A stretch of 64,000 nt of DNA from Rhizodiscina lignyota (GCA_010015805.1 ML978122.1:248001-312000); one strand, 5' to 3'; shown: positions 52,072-63,288, counted from the first letter of the stretch. The notes: generated by a model from the letters alone, not told the origin. A program made the numbers and translations.

Positions 52072-53064
52072 ATGATCAATTTCGCAATAATCGGGACAGG
52101 CTGGATCACGGAGTCGTTCGTGGAGTCCGCGCATGCGAGCGGGTCGTGGAAGTTGGTTGCTGTTTACTCGCGCAAAGCAGAAACAGCAGCTCAATTCGGA
52201 GAAAAATTTGGCGTGCACTATGTCTTCACGTCTGTTGAAGATCTTGCTCAAGATGAAGGGATCCAAGCAGTGTATATCGCCTCTCCGAATTCTTTGCACT
52301 TCGAACAAGCCAAATTCCTCCTCTCTCACAAGCGGCATGTCATTGTGGAGAAGCCTGCAACATCAAGATCCAAGGAGCTGAATGAGCTATTTAATCTTGC
52401 GCATGAGAATGGTGTCTTCTTAATCGAAGCAAACCGACACATCCAGGAGGTCAATTTCAAAATTCTACAGAAGAATCTATCCCGGCTCGGGCCTATATAT
52501 GGCGCTTCACTCAACTACGCATCGTACTCATCACGCTATAACGCTGTGCTGGACGGCCAAACTCCCAACATCTTCTCCTTAGCTTTCTCTGGCGGATCTC
52601 TCGTCGATCTCGGTGTTTATCCTATTGCGGCAGCCGTCGCGCTGTTTGGCAAACCAGTCAGCCAGACGTACAAGCCCGTCATCATTCCGTCCGGGGGTGA
52701 CGCAGGCGGCATCGTCGTACTGTTCTATGAGAAGTTCGCCGTTAGCTGTTTAGCGAGCAAATGCTTCACCAGCAAGGCCCCAAGTGAGGTGTTTGGGGAG
52801 AAGGGAACGCTGGCAATCAATGCCGTGACGGACATTGAGCACGTCACGTTTCTGGATGCCAGGACTAAGAAGAGCGAGGAGCTTGGGGAGAAGAAGGCGG
52901 AATTGAATCTGATGGAAGAGGCTGCAGAGTTTGCGAGGATCATTGAGAACGGGGATAAGGAGGCGGCTGGAAAATTAGAAGAGATGAGCAAGATCGTGAT
53001 CAGCATCACTGAGGACCTGAGGCATCAGAACGGGTTGATCTTTGATGTTGAGAAGGCGGCATGA
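52072..53064 (+). CDS. Gfo/Idh/MocA oxidoreductase, YgjR/IolU-like, intronless
   Basis: MINFAIIGTGWIT, AVYIASPNSLH, VEKP, YSSRY, PNIFSLAFSGGSLVDLGVY. Confidence 0.9.
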   Translation: MINFAIIGTGWITESFVESAHASGSWKLVAVYSRKAETAAQFGEKFGVHYVFTSVEDLAQDEGIQAVYIASPNSLHFEQAKFLLSHKRHVIVEKPATSRSKELNELFNLAHENGVFLIEANRHIQEVNFKILQKNLSRLGPIYGASLNYASYSSRYNAVLDGQTPNIFSLAFSGGSLVDLGVYPIAAAVALFGKPVSQTYKPVIIPSGGDAGGIVVLFYEKFAVSCLASKCFTSKAPSEVFGEKGTLAINAVTDIEHVTFLDARTKKSEELGEKKAELNLMEEAAEFARIIENGDKEAAGKLEEMSKIVISITEDLRHQNGLIFDVEKAA

Positions 53065-53311
53065 GAAGTCTATGAGCAACTGTATTTTAGGGACACAACT
53101 TTGGAGACCATAGCATTTATGGCCATTCCGCGCATAGGCAGAGTTTAGCATTCAGTGAGCCGGAAGTCTAACGCAGGAGAGACAGGAAAGGCGCCATTGA
53201 ATATCAACGTCCTACTTTTAGAAGACCGGACGTATCTCTAGTCTCTTGTATCAGCCTTTGTATACAGACGCGAACTGCATGATGCAGCTCGTGCAGCTCC
53301 ATCTGGATCGC

Positions 53312-53731
53312 TCACGACGTGGGGGTATTCCTATCTGCAACCCCAGAAATTCTCCACCCTTTCTCTCCCATCTTATGCAAGCAAAATATGTTCGAGCCCT
53401 TCGCAGTCTGCTGCCCATCGACGAGGATCCTGAAATTTGTCCAGACCATAGCTAGATCGTCGTCAATCCTGACGTCGGGGTTCTCAAACGTCTCTTCCAT
53501 CGTCTTGTCGGCGTAGTTTGCGTTGGTAATTTCTTCCAGGCGCTTGACCAAGTCGCCTAGAGAGGTGTGAATGATAATTGCGCTGCCGTCTGGGCCGTAT
53601 CGTCGCAGTGCACCGTGGCCTTCTGGATTGATGTAGTTATTCATGCCGGCGAAATCTTTGGTGTTCATGCTGTTGAGGAAGTCGGCGCATGTCGCGAGGA
53701 TTGCGGATTCTTCTGAATTGTTCGACGCCAT
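53312..53731 (-). CDS. Small NTF2/SnoaL-like fold protein
   Basis: 139-aa intronless ORF ending VRIDDDLAMVWTNF...GSNIFCLHK...WRISGVAD, typical of NTF2-like domains. Confidence 0.7.
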   Translation of the reverse strand: MASNNSEESAILATCADFLNSMNTKDFAGMNNYINPEGHGALRRYGPDGSAIIIHTSLGDLVKRLEEITNANYADKTMEETFENPDVRIDDDLAMVWTNFRILVDGQQTAKGSNIFCLHKMGEKGWRISGVADRNTPTS

Positions 53732-54124
53732 ATTGTCACCGTAACTGTCTAAAATTTCAATGGCTGGATTTTGGCGTCTATGGAGCTCAATTTATATGGG
53801 ATAATTTGAAAGCAAGTGCTCTCGAGACTTTTCCTTGACTAAGAATAGGAATCATCCCTTAAGTAAGTAAGCACTTGTTTAAGCATATTTCCTAAGTTGG
53901 AGTTTCCGAGGATTCCGATACGAGGTTAATGCATATATGAATACTCTTTATACGGATATGGTTAATGATATACCTATGTAGTTAATGCAGGCTAATTGCT
54001 CTTTTGAGAGCGCCGAGGGTATCTCCAATTACGTCTCGCTGTACAGGTATTAACAACTCAAAATCTACTGATCATACCTAGATCTCCCTTCAGAACGCGT
54101 ATCTCTGTGCTGATTATCCTCCTC

Positions 54125-55948
54125 TCACTGGAAGTTTTTCTTTTTCAGCTTTACTCCCGCTAATCTTACACTTGCCCACACGCTCTCCATTACAGATCTA
54201 GGTACCTTCCTGCCTTTCAGGCTTTGATCGACTAACCACATGCCTACAACAAACTGCTCTCGATTGAGTCTGCCCTCTCCTCTGCGGTCGACAAGATCCC
54301 ATATCTCAGCCAGCACGGCAGCAGGGAGGCGACTCCGACTCCAAATCTCGCGGACCACTAAGTCTAAAACGTCATCTGCCTGATCGTCTAAGCTTGCCGT
54401 ACTCTGTGAAGGCTGTATGTATAGCCCCTTGTTTGCGGCCCAAACACCCTCGTATCGTTTCCGTTCCCGCTCTGTAATAGAGTCGCGCCAGCGCTTGCGG
54501 TCGCCTTCGTGATGCTTGTTCGGATGCTTACGCCAAATATGCTTCCTGCCTCTACCATGTTTTCCTCGCCCTTCCTCGGAGGAGGACGTAGCATCCTTCC
54601 GCAGGGTAGTGCGAAGTTGTACGGGCTTCCTCTCCGGGGACTTCGTAGGGCTAGGCGACCGACTGCGAAGGCGGTTCAGTGGATTATACTCATGGTGGTG
54701 GTGATTTCGAGGATCGCGGCGGGGGAGAGGAGGGAGAGGCGTTGCGGTTGAAGAGCGAGTCGGAGAGTGGTTTCGAGACGAGGCGAGATGCGCACCCACA
54801 ATGGCATTTGCAAGGGAATCGCCGGTAATGTGAGGACTTATTTGGGGGAGCGACTGTTTTTGGTATTGAGTCGGTGGACTAAGTCCGAGAGTCGTTCGAT
54901 TGCCAGTCTCAGGAAGTGAGATGTTGCTAGCGGATTTGCGGACCTGCCGCTGTGGAGGAATTGGGCGTGGAGACGACTTCATAGGCTCATCGTCTTGTGT
55001 TGACTTCCGCGCAGCTCGCCGTGGAGCAGGTAAGTCCGGCTTGGCTTTCAGCTCGGGTGCTTCTTTTGATGCCTGCGTAACTGGATGCTTTGTGGCAGTC
55101 GATGGACGAGGTTGATGGTCTCCATCTCGGCTGAGCGGTCTTCCACGGCTTGGAGGCGCATCTGGACGAGAAATCTTTGCACCCAACTGAGGCTCCGCAG
55201 TCCGCTGGACATGATCCACTGAAGGTTGTTTGGCAGCGCTGGAAGGCTCCGGCACAGTGGGCTTAGGCGCGACAGGTGGAGGCCTCCGAGCCTTTGGCGG
55301 CTGAGAGCGTCCGCTAATCTGACCCTGATTGTTCTGCTCGAATAATTTGACAAGAGTATTAGTGGGCGGGATCGGTGTGTCGTCCGTCGTCTTATGCTCC
55401 AGATGTGGTCTCCTGGTCCTTGCGTCTTCCATCGGAGTGTATACCTTTCGCAAATTCTTTATCGGTCGATCTGCCTCCACCGTATTTGACCTTGCAGGAG
55501 AGGCGGTCCTCGACGATGACGTCTGATTCAGGTGTCTTGCCGCGGCAAGAGTGGCAGCGATATTGGACGGCGATTTCGATCGTATGAGGGGCAGCTGTTT
55601 CGTGTCGGGGACCTCGAGCCAGCCCGGACTACTTGTAAGTGCGGAGGAAGGCGGAGATGGCAAAGCAGTGCCAGAGCTGCCGGTGGTCTGGGTTTGGAGG
55701 AGGCTCAACTCTGACGAGTTTGAGGATGCCGACTGGGTCCGCGATGTTGATGCGGGCCTCTTCCCAGCCAACGTTGCTGCAGCCAATGCGCCATTGCTTT
55801 TGACTTCGTCTTTGGCCGATGGATCGGGAGCACGTGGCTTTCTCCCAAATGCACTAGACGCTCCTAGCAGCGCTGCATTCTGGACGTTGTACTCGACGCT
55901 GCCCTGTGGTCTCGCGGCACTCCGTCCGGAGGGCTGCGGGTAGGACAT
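54125..55948 (-). CDS. IRS4: Irs4/Tax4-like EH-domain protein
   Basis: Low-complexity N-terminus; KHHEGDRKRWRD, ERKRYEGVWAAN, EH domain VVREIWSRSRLP..LAEIWDLVD..FVVGMWLVDQSLKGRKVP. Confidence 0.85.
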   Translation of the reverse strand: MSYPQPSGRSAARPQGSVEYNVQNAALLGASSAFGRKPRAPDPSAKDEVKSNGALAAATLAGKRPASTSRTQSASSNSSELSLLQTQTTGSSGTALPSPPSSALTSSPGWLEVPDTKQLPLIRSKSPSNIAATLAAARHLNQTSSSRTASPARSNTVEADRPIKNLRKVYTPMEDARTRRPHLEHKTTDDTPIPPTNTLVKLFEQNNQGQISGRSQPPKARRPPPVAPKPTVPEPSSAAKQPSVDHVQRTAEPQLGAKISRPDAPPSRGRPLSRDGDHQPRPSTATKHPVTQASKEAPELKAKPDLPAPRRAARKSTQDDEPMKSSPRPIPPQRQVRKSASNISLPETGNRTTLGLSPPTQYQKQSLPQISPHITGDSLANAIVGAHLASSRNHSPTRSSTATPLPPLPRRDPRNHHHHEYNPLNRLRSRSPSPTKSPERKPVQLRTTLRKDATSSSEEGRGKHGRGRKHIWRKHPNKHHEGDRKRWRDSITERERKRYEGVWAANKGLYIQPSQSTASLDDQADDVLDLVVREIWSRSRLPAAVLAEIWDLVDRRGEGRLNREQFVVGMWLVDQSLKGRKVPRSVMESVWASVRLAGVKLKKKNFQ

Positions 55949-56132
55949 TTAAGCCATGTGTATAGCGCCTACGACGGCGACAGCGGGAACGAGAACGCGA
56001 CGAAGAGAACGCTCAAATAGATCATGAAAAGTAACAGCGAAGATGTACACGCAATCCAAAGGCCCATGAGTAAGCATCAGGGCAGCTTGGCAGGCTGTAC
56101 TTCAGCCTAAACGAGATTAGTTACGAACGGCT

Positions 56133-56150
56133 ATCACGTGACTCACGCGC
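56133..56150. promoter_or_regulatory. Overlapping bHLH (ATCACGTGAC) and AP-1/Gcn4 (TGACTCA) motifs in the IRS4-LIG4 divergent promoter
   Basis: ATCACGTGACTCACGCGC read directly, near the middle of the 360-bp intergenic gap. Confidence 0.45.
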
Positions 56151-56308
56151 AAGTTTCGTGTCGTCACTCCTCGCGCTTCGCAAGTTGCTCTTCTGCCTGG
56201 AGCTGGACTTCAGAAGCATGAATGCCAACCGAGAGGAGCACTCAGTTCTGGCTTTCAGCTCAACCTCAAACACCACCAACATCGCCAGTCGACTGAGGCG
56301 TTGTGGAA

Positions 56309-59300
56309 ATGGCTGACTTAGAAATGCAAGATGCAGACGCTGCCGCGGAAGAGCAGCTGATGTATCGACACCTCCATCAAACCCAAGAAGAGCTCGATGA
56401 GAAGTAAATCGAATTCTTCATTAGCAGAGAATGTAAAAAAGAGTTGCTGATTGAATCAGGTTTCCAAATCGGCCTCACAACCACTCAAAGACTCTCCCAT
56501 TTCATGACCTCCCTCTGAAGCTCTTCAACCCGTTGCGCAACCACAAGAAAAAGCCGATTGGGCCTGCCGTCCGGCGGACACATGGTCCGCTTGGAGCAGG
56601 AAATCTCTCGAAGGATGAATTTCGCGACAAGGTCATTTCAGACTTCATTCAAAAATGGCGAACGCAAGTCGGAAATGACTTCTACCCAGCCATGCGACTC
56701 ATAATACCCGACAAGGACCGCGATCGTGCTATGTACGGACTCAAGGAGAAGTATATCGCCAAGCTTTTGGTTCGGGTCCTCCGAATCGACAAGGACTCTG
56801 AAGATGGCTCGAACCTTCTCAACTGGAAGCTTCCTGGCCAGACCTTCAAAAGTGCAACGGCCGGCGACTTTGCCGCTAGATGTTTTGAAGTTATTTCAAA
56901 ACGGCCGATCAGAACTACGCCTGGGAACATGACAATTGCAGAAGTGAATGACCAGCTTGACACACTATCGCATCTCTCTAAGGAGGAAGATCAGCTCCCT
57001 ATCTTTGAGAACTTCTATCGCAACATGAATGCCGAGGAACTAATGTGGCTTATCCGCATCATCCTTCGCCAGATGCACATCGGCGCGACTGAGAAAACGG
57101 TTCTCAATGTTTGGCACCCAGATGGAGATAACCTCTTCAACGTCTCCTCCAGTCTTCAGCGTGTTTGCTGGGAACTCTCCGATCCGGACACTCGTCTGGA
57201 TGATGAGAGCAGCAACATCAACTTGATGGAATGCTTCCAGCCACAGCTTGCCGCTTTCCAACTGTCTTCGTTTGAAAAGATTGTCGCCCGATTGTTATCC
57301 ACCGAAGAACACAAAGTGTTCTGGATCGAAGACAAACTCGACGGTGAGCGAATGCAACTTCACATGGCAGAAGATGCTAGTGCACCAGGAGGTTACCGTT
57401 TCAAGTATTGGTCCCGAAAGGCGAAAGATTACTCTCATCTCTACGGCAAATCTTTCGAAGATATCAACGGCGCATTGACGAAATATCTCAAGTCGGCTTT
57501 TAACGAAAGCGTGCGAAATATCATCCTGGATGGGGAGATGATCTACTGGGATATGGAAAGTGGGAAAGCTGGTGCCTTTGGTCATCTCAAAACAGCAGTT
57601 CATGAAGAATTGAAGAAAGCTTCGACTGAGAATCAAGGTCGCCGCCCTGTTTTTAAAGTGTTTGACTGTCTCTACCTCAACGACATGGTGATCACGAATT
57701 ATACACTGGAAGTTCGTCGCGAAGCTCTTGCAAAGAGCATTAAGAGCATCCCCTTCCGCATGGAGATTCTCGATTACCAAGAGGCCCGTACTACGGAAGA
57801 GATTCAGGAGAGGCTTCGCGAAGTCGTAGAGGAGTCCTGGGAAGGATTGGTTTTGAAGAAGCCTCTCTCGAGGTACCGCCCGAACGATCGCAACGAGGAC
57901 TGGATTAAAGTGAAGCCTGAATACATGACAGAGTTCGGTGAAGCCCTCGACTGCGTCGTCATCGGTGGCTATTACGGCTCTGGGAGACGTGGAGGCAATC
58001 TGTCTAGCTTTCTTTGCGGTCTTCGGGTGAACCCAGAACAGATCAAACAGGGTGTCAATCCTCAAAAGTGCTATTCATTCTTCAAAGTTGGAGGTGGATT
58101 CACAGCAAATGACTATGCCGACATCCGTCACCGTACCGATGGCAAGTGGATGCAATGGGATCCAAAGAAACCACCGATCGATTTTATCGAGCTGGGCGGA
58201 CCTCTGCTCAAGAAGTACGATGCAGAACATGTGCATAGTGTCAAATTTTCAGATGCTGAGGCCAGACTTTTGAAAACAGAACAGCCGGATGTGTGGATCA
58301 AGCCTGAAGACTCGGTGGTTCTTGAGGTAAAGGCTGCCTCAGTAAATGAAACTCCGACGTTTCGCGTCGGGTATACCTTGCGCTTCCCACGGTTCAAACG
58401 GCTCAGAACAGACAAGGATTGGACGCAAGCCTTGAATATTCGGGATTTTGAGAGTCTCCAACGGTCTGCAAAAGAAAAGAGGAATGAGAAGCAATTCCAG
58501 ATCGATCAAGGCCGACGACAGAAGAGAGTGCGGACGAGCAAGAAGAAGCCGCTTACTGTTGCTGGCAGTGAGAAAGTCAATACACCGTATGCCGGTCCGG
58601 ATACGAAAGTCTTTCAAGGTTTGACATTCTTCGTCATAAGCGAGTCTCTGGAGCCTCTCAAGAAGAGCAAAGCAGAACTAGAGCAACTCATCAAGGCAAA
58701 TGGTGGCAACATTGTTCAAAAGCAGAATCCAGACCTCGGAGTCGTTTGCATAGCCGATAGGAATCTCCCAAAAGCCGCGTCGATAAAGAAGTATGGCAGA
58801 GAGAATGTCGTGCGCCCGTCCTGGCTATTTGATTGCGTCAAGCAGGTTGAGACAGATGTCGGCAGGCCGAATTACCTGCTTCCGATGGAACCAAGGCACA
58901 TGTTCTTTACCACTGAAGACGATGGACCGCAGATCAAGAGCAACACTGACGAGTTTGGAGACAGCTATGCACGGGATGTCACAGTGGACGAGCTCAGGGA
59001 AATTTTCAAGGACATGCCATCCAAGATTGAAAAACCTGTCGACCGAGCACGCCTTCTTGAAGATCTTCAGGACGTGAGTGGTGGATTCGATGATCTACGA
59101 GAATGGATGTTTCAAGGTTTGGTTGTATACTTCGAAGGCTCAACAAGCGCCTCGATGAATGGCGTCGTAAACGGAGCAACGAGTAACAGTATCGACCTCG
59201 ACCTCGCGGCTCAGAAAGTGCGCTTTGCGAGCGGAAAGGTGGCGCAGAATATTCTTGATCACGACATCACGCATGTCGTTGTGAATGTGGAAGCCGTGAT

Positions 59301-59427
59301 GCTGAAGGATATCAGGTCAGAGGTCGCAAAGAAGCATCCAGTGCCTCGCATTGTCACAGTTGATTGGGTGAATCGAAGCTGGCAAGAACGGACTCTTCTG
59401 GATGAGGAACGCTTTGCCGCATCTTGA
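56309..59427 (+). CDS. DNL4: DNA ligase IV (NHEJ)
   Basis: Adenylation motif EDKLDGERMQLH, ILDGEM, EGLVLK, WIKVKPEY, TLRFPRF and two C-terminal BRCT domains. Exon 1 from ATG 56309, intron about 56404-56459. Confidence 0.96.
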
Positions 59428-59556
59428 TAACGTGCTACGAATTTTACGGACAGCCGAGCATGATCATATTCTGAGGGTGATGCGAGATCCGGCTCTCTAA
59501 GCCCGCCAACTGGAGGGATTTCAGCAGAAAAGAAAAGAATAATCTCATGTTCGCTG

Positions 59557-61164
59557 CTAGGGCAGTCTGACATCCTCTGTCAACTTCTCCTTCGCTGCAC
59601 GTGCTCGCCTCCACTTTGGTCCGCAATACAATTCCACCGCAATCAGGCTGCTCCCAATGGCCGCGGTCAAACCTAATAAGATAAACAGCACCCGTGTACC
59701 CAAAGCATTCAGCAATGGTTGAATCATCGCCACGCCTACGGATGCCACCAAACAGCGCGCGATATTACCAGCCGCAAGAGCACTGGCGCCCGCCGTAGGG
59801 AAAAGATCGATCATAAATGTGCTATTGATGTTGAACAGCATTGCCTGTGTTGCCGAGACGATGAACTGCAGTACGAGAGTTGGATAGATGCTGATCTCCA
59901 GCGAGAAGCCCACCAGTCCGAAGCATAGAGTAAACAGAAATATTGTTGGGCCTGTAAAGCCGTAACGGGCTATTTCGAGTGGAAAATCGTCTCGCTCCTG
60001 GATAGGTTCTGTGTGGCTAGCGGGGATATTATGTGCTATTCGATATGAGTCGCTAGCAAGCCGCATCTCGCGGTCCATCCAGATTCCAGCGAGCACTGAA
60101 CCAGTCACTGCACCCAGTCCGCTAGGTATGAAAGCCAAGCCTGTCTGCCGAATACTGAGGCCATAATACGACATGAAGAGGTTGCTGCTGCAAGCCATCA
60201 TCATAGACCAGGTGGTGAAGAATATTGAGCCGCAGAGCATCACACAGAAGACGTCCTTTTGGAACAGCATACTCAACGGTGTAAACGGTGTATACCAAGT
60301 CAATCCTTTCCTCGGCCGTAGTGGAAGAGGTTGCGAAGAAAGGTACGGCTGACCTGTCCAGTAATAGATCGATGGGCGGTGACTATCTCCAAGTCTTGCA
60401 GATCCATTGCCAGCAATCGAACGTACTGTTTCTGGGACGAAGAAGACCACGACTGCCAGTACGATACCACTCACGAAGAATAGGAACCGGAAGATCGAAT
60501 GAAATCCGAACGCATCTGTAATAAAGCCGCCGATCACAGGCCCAAAGGCTTGACCGAAAATCCGAATTCCCGTAGAAATGCTAACGTATCCACCCCTCTC
60601 AGTGCGGGATGTGATATCGGCAATTGTCCCGCTTGCCAGAGCGACTATTGCAGAGCTATCAAAAGCTTGTAGCGCACGAAGAACCAGAAGACTTGTGAAG
60701 TCATTAACGAATACCAGAGCGAAGTTTGTAACCATAACGGTTGTTAAGGCCCCAATATACGCGATTCGACGTCCCCTCGCGTCGGAAATGGGGCCCCAGA
60801 AGGAAGGCGCAATTGCTTGAAATACTAGATAAATGGTGATGCTCCACATCGCTGATTGAATGCTGATATGCAGGTCTTTGGCGATTGCATCTATTGCCGG
60901 GAAGCATATGTTAAGGGAGAGCGGTGAAACGAGTCCCGCCAGCGATACCACCCATACAAGACAGTATTTCCGTCGCTTGCTGAAGACGTGACGGCTATCT
61001 TCATGCAGTTCCTTCTTGCTGAGTCCCTCCTCTCCATATTCATTATCCCCCGCTTCTGAGAAGGTATGTTGTTTCCGCTGCAGTCCGTCAAGACTGTTGC
61101 TCCGTCCGTCGCGGCTAGATCGAAAGATTGTGATAGAAGAGTCGGAGGACCTTCGAGAACGCAT
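59557..61164 (-). CDS. MFS transporter, DHA1 (Qdr/Aqr-like) family, intronless
   Basis: SPLSLNICFPAI, WGPISDARGRR, GTIADITSRTERG, GPVIGG, PETVRSIAGNGS, FPLEIAR. Confidence 0.88.
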   Translation of the reverse strand: MRSRRSSDSSITIFRSSRDGRSNSLDGLQRKQHTFSEAGDNEYGEEGLSKKELHEDSRHVFSKRRKYCLVWVVSLAGLVSPLSLNICFPAIDAIAKDLHISIQSAMWSITIYLVFQAIAPSFWGPISDARGRRIAYIGALTTVMVTNFALVFVNDFTSLLVLRALQAFDSSAIVALASGTIADITSRTERGGYVSISTGIRIFGQAFGPVIGGFITDAFGFHSIFRFLFFVSGIVLAVVVFFVPETVRSIAGNGSARLGDSHRPSIYYWTGQPYLSSQPLPLRPRKGLTWYTPFTPLSMLFQKDVFCVMLCGSIFFTTWSMMMACSSNLFMSYYGLSIRQTGLAFIPSGLGAVTGSVLAGIWMDREMRLASDSYRIAHNIPASHTEPIQERDDFPLEIARYGFTGPTIFLFTLCFGLVGFSLEISIYPTLVLQFIVSATQAMLFNINSTFMIDLFPTAGASALAAGNIARCLVASVGVAMIQPLLNALGTRVLFILLGLTAAIGSSLIAVELYCGPKWRRARAAKEKLTEDVRLP

Positions 61165-61688
61165 GATGAAAGCGACGCTTATTCGATGAAAGTGTAGGGA
61201 AGAAGAGGAAGAAATGGAAAGTGCACAGAAGATGACCACAATTTTTCTAGTGGGTCGCATGTTGGTGTCAACTTGTCCTTCAAAGGGGACGAATAGTCGT
61301 TAAGCGGATGCAAAGCGCGGGGAAGTGAACCACAATATGGCCTTTACTAGATGGCAAAATTACTGACGCAGATATAGGAATGGCAGAGACAATAAATTTT
61401 GTCTAGCCGTGTACGGCATTAAAACGGTTGTCGGCTAGCGCGAGAATCGATGTGCACGCATAGATATGTCAAAATTCTCGCGCTCCACTTGAGGCTTGTC
61501 ACCAGATGCATCGTTGATTATCGATTTCGTCCAATTATTTGCTGACAGTGTTTTGTTGCTTTCGGCGTGATTTGCATACAGTCTCTTTCTACGCTCTCCC
61601 TCTCATCAGCATCGCAGCTTTGCTCCCACAACTGGCTGGATCAGGTTGACTCGCTGCCAGGTCGATGTTTTTTGAATCTTAATGACTA

Positions 61689-63288
61689 CTACAGCTTGTA
61701 CGTGAAACCTTTGTTCTCCAGGTCCGTCCGATCTGTGAATCCTTGCTCGTCGGCGACTTCCTCCGCTAATTCCAATCCACTCCGCCTTCGGTTTTCCATA
61801 ACCATGAGCACGCCGATGATGGCAGTGAAAAAGATTGCTGCACCATATATCCCGCATAGCGTTTTGATCGCAGTTATGTATCGAGGTGCTTCCTGGGGTA
61901 AGAAAAGGAAGGGTCCGATGATGGCGCCAGCGGCATAAAAGCAGAATTCAACTCCATTTACAGTAGTCCGCTTCGTATGTCCGGCGATATTCGCACCAAC
62001 AAGATCCCATGTGAGAATGATGGAGACACCAAAGATACCTTGAAGCCAGCTGCAGGCTGTCAGGGACAATTGATGCTTCAAATCGATTGTTGCAATTCCA
62101 ATCATGCCACATATTCCGGGTATGAAACCCAAAATGATGGTAAGCACCAGCGTATTCGGCACTTTGCTGACAAAGATTCCGGCGGAAATGTTGCAGACAA
62201 ACTGTATCGCACCGCTGGGCATCTGATATTGTACGCTTTTGAGGCTGTCGTATCCGAAGCCTTTCAGAAGTATCGACATGAAATTTGTCACAGATCCGTT
62301 CAGAATGCCCAGACACAGAGCTTGGAGGGCTATGCAATAGACTTTTGGATCCCCCAGACATTCCCATATCTGGTACCAGAGGATCTTTGAGTGTTTGACT
62401 CCGGTACGATTGGATGCTATGCGCCAAACAGATACCACCTTCTCCTCGTGTGAGAAGAATCGGACATCGTTGGGAGTTGACGGAAGAATGAAGAATAGTC
62501 CAGCACCGGAGACGAAACTCATGGCGCCAATTACTAGGAAAACCAGTTTCCACGTGGCAATAGCAGGGTGGTCGATGGTCCCAATTCCCCAAGAGATGCC
62601 GGCACCAGCGAGGGAAGACAAGCCATTCATTCCAAGCCAGCAAGACATTCGTAGCGGAGCCTCCTCGCGCGTCCAGAACATGGTCGTCAATGAGATCCAG
62701 GCAGGTCCGATACATGCTTCGGTGCCTCCAAGAATAAATCGAATAGCGGCTATACCAGCGAAATTGTGCACGGCGCATGTGAGCATTAGTACAGCTCCCC
62801 AAACCATCACCATGACTGTCACGAACTTTCCAATTGGAAGCTTTTGGAGAGCAATTGTAGATGGGTAAGCGCAGGCGAGATAGCCAATGTTCGTGAGCGC
62901 TGCTACCCAAGAATAATCTCGTCCGACCAAATTCAGATCCTGCTGAAGACCGTATGCGCTCGAGTAGTTGAGGGTCTGTTTGTCGAGAAACTGCATGAAG
63001 TATACCCAACACATCTTCGATACGTTAGTCAACGTCAATTGCAACGGATTGAAGGTTACTTTCCATTGGTAGTAATATAAAATCAAGTTTCCTTCTGACT
63101 TTGGCTGCAACGAGTTCTCTCCGGTCAAAGTCCAGAGTAAAAGACTCCTTGTAGAGTCCCAAAGCAACGTCCGTATGGATTGGTGATGCAGTTATAATAT
63201 CGGGGTCGACAACATCCAACGAGTGTAAATTTGTGTTCTTCTCATCGCCACCTTTTTCCGGCGCAACTGGGCCGATAGGAGAAGACAT
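61689..63288 (-). CDS. MFS anion:cation symporter, allantoate permease (Dal5)-like; single intron with unusual donor
   Basis: Exon 1 MSSPIGP...VRRKLDFILLPM; exon 2 MCWVYFMQFLDKQTLNYS, LQKLPIGK, RFILGGTEA, WTREEAPLR, NIAGHTKR, FTDRTDLENKGFTYKL. Confidence 0.88.

Noticed and set aside
57295..58065. 256-aa antisense ORF inside DNA ligase IV (similar ones inside the DAHP synthase, GH36, SSN3 and formaldehyde dehydrogenase genes)
   Set aside because: Typical antisense shadows of codon-biased genes; no recognisable motifs.
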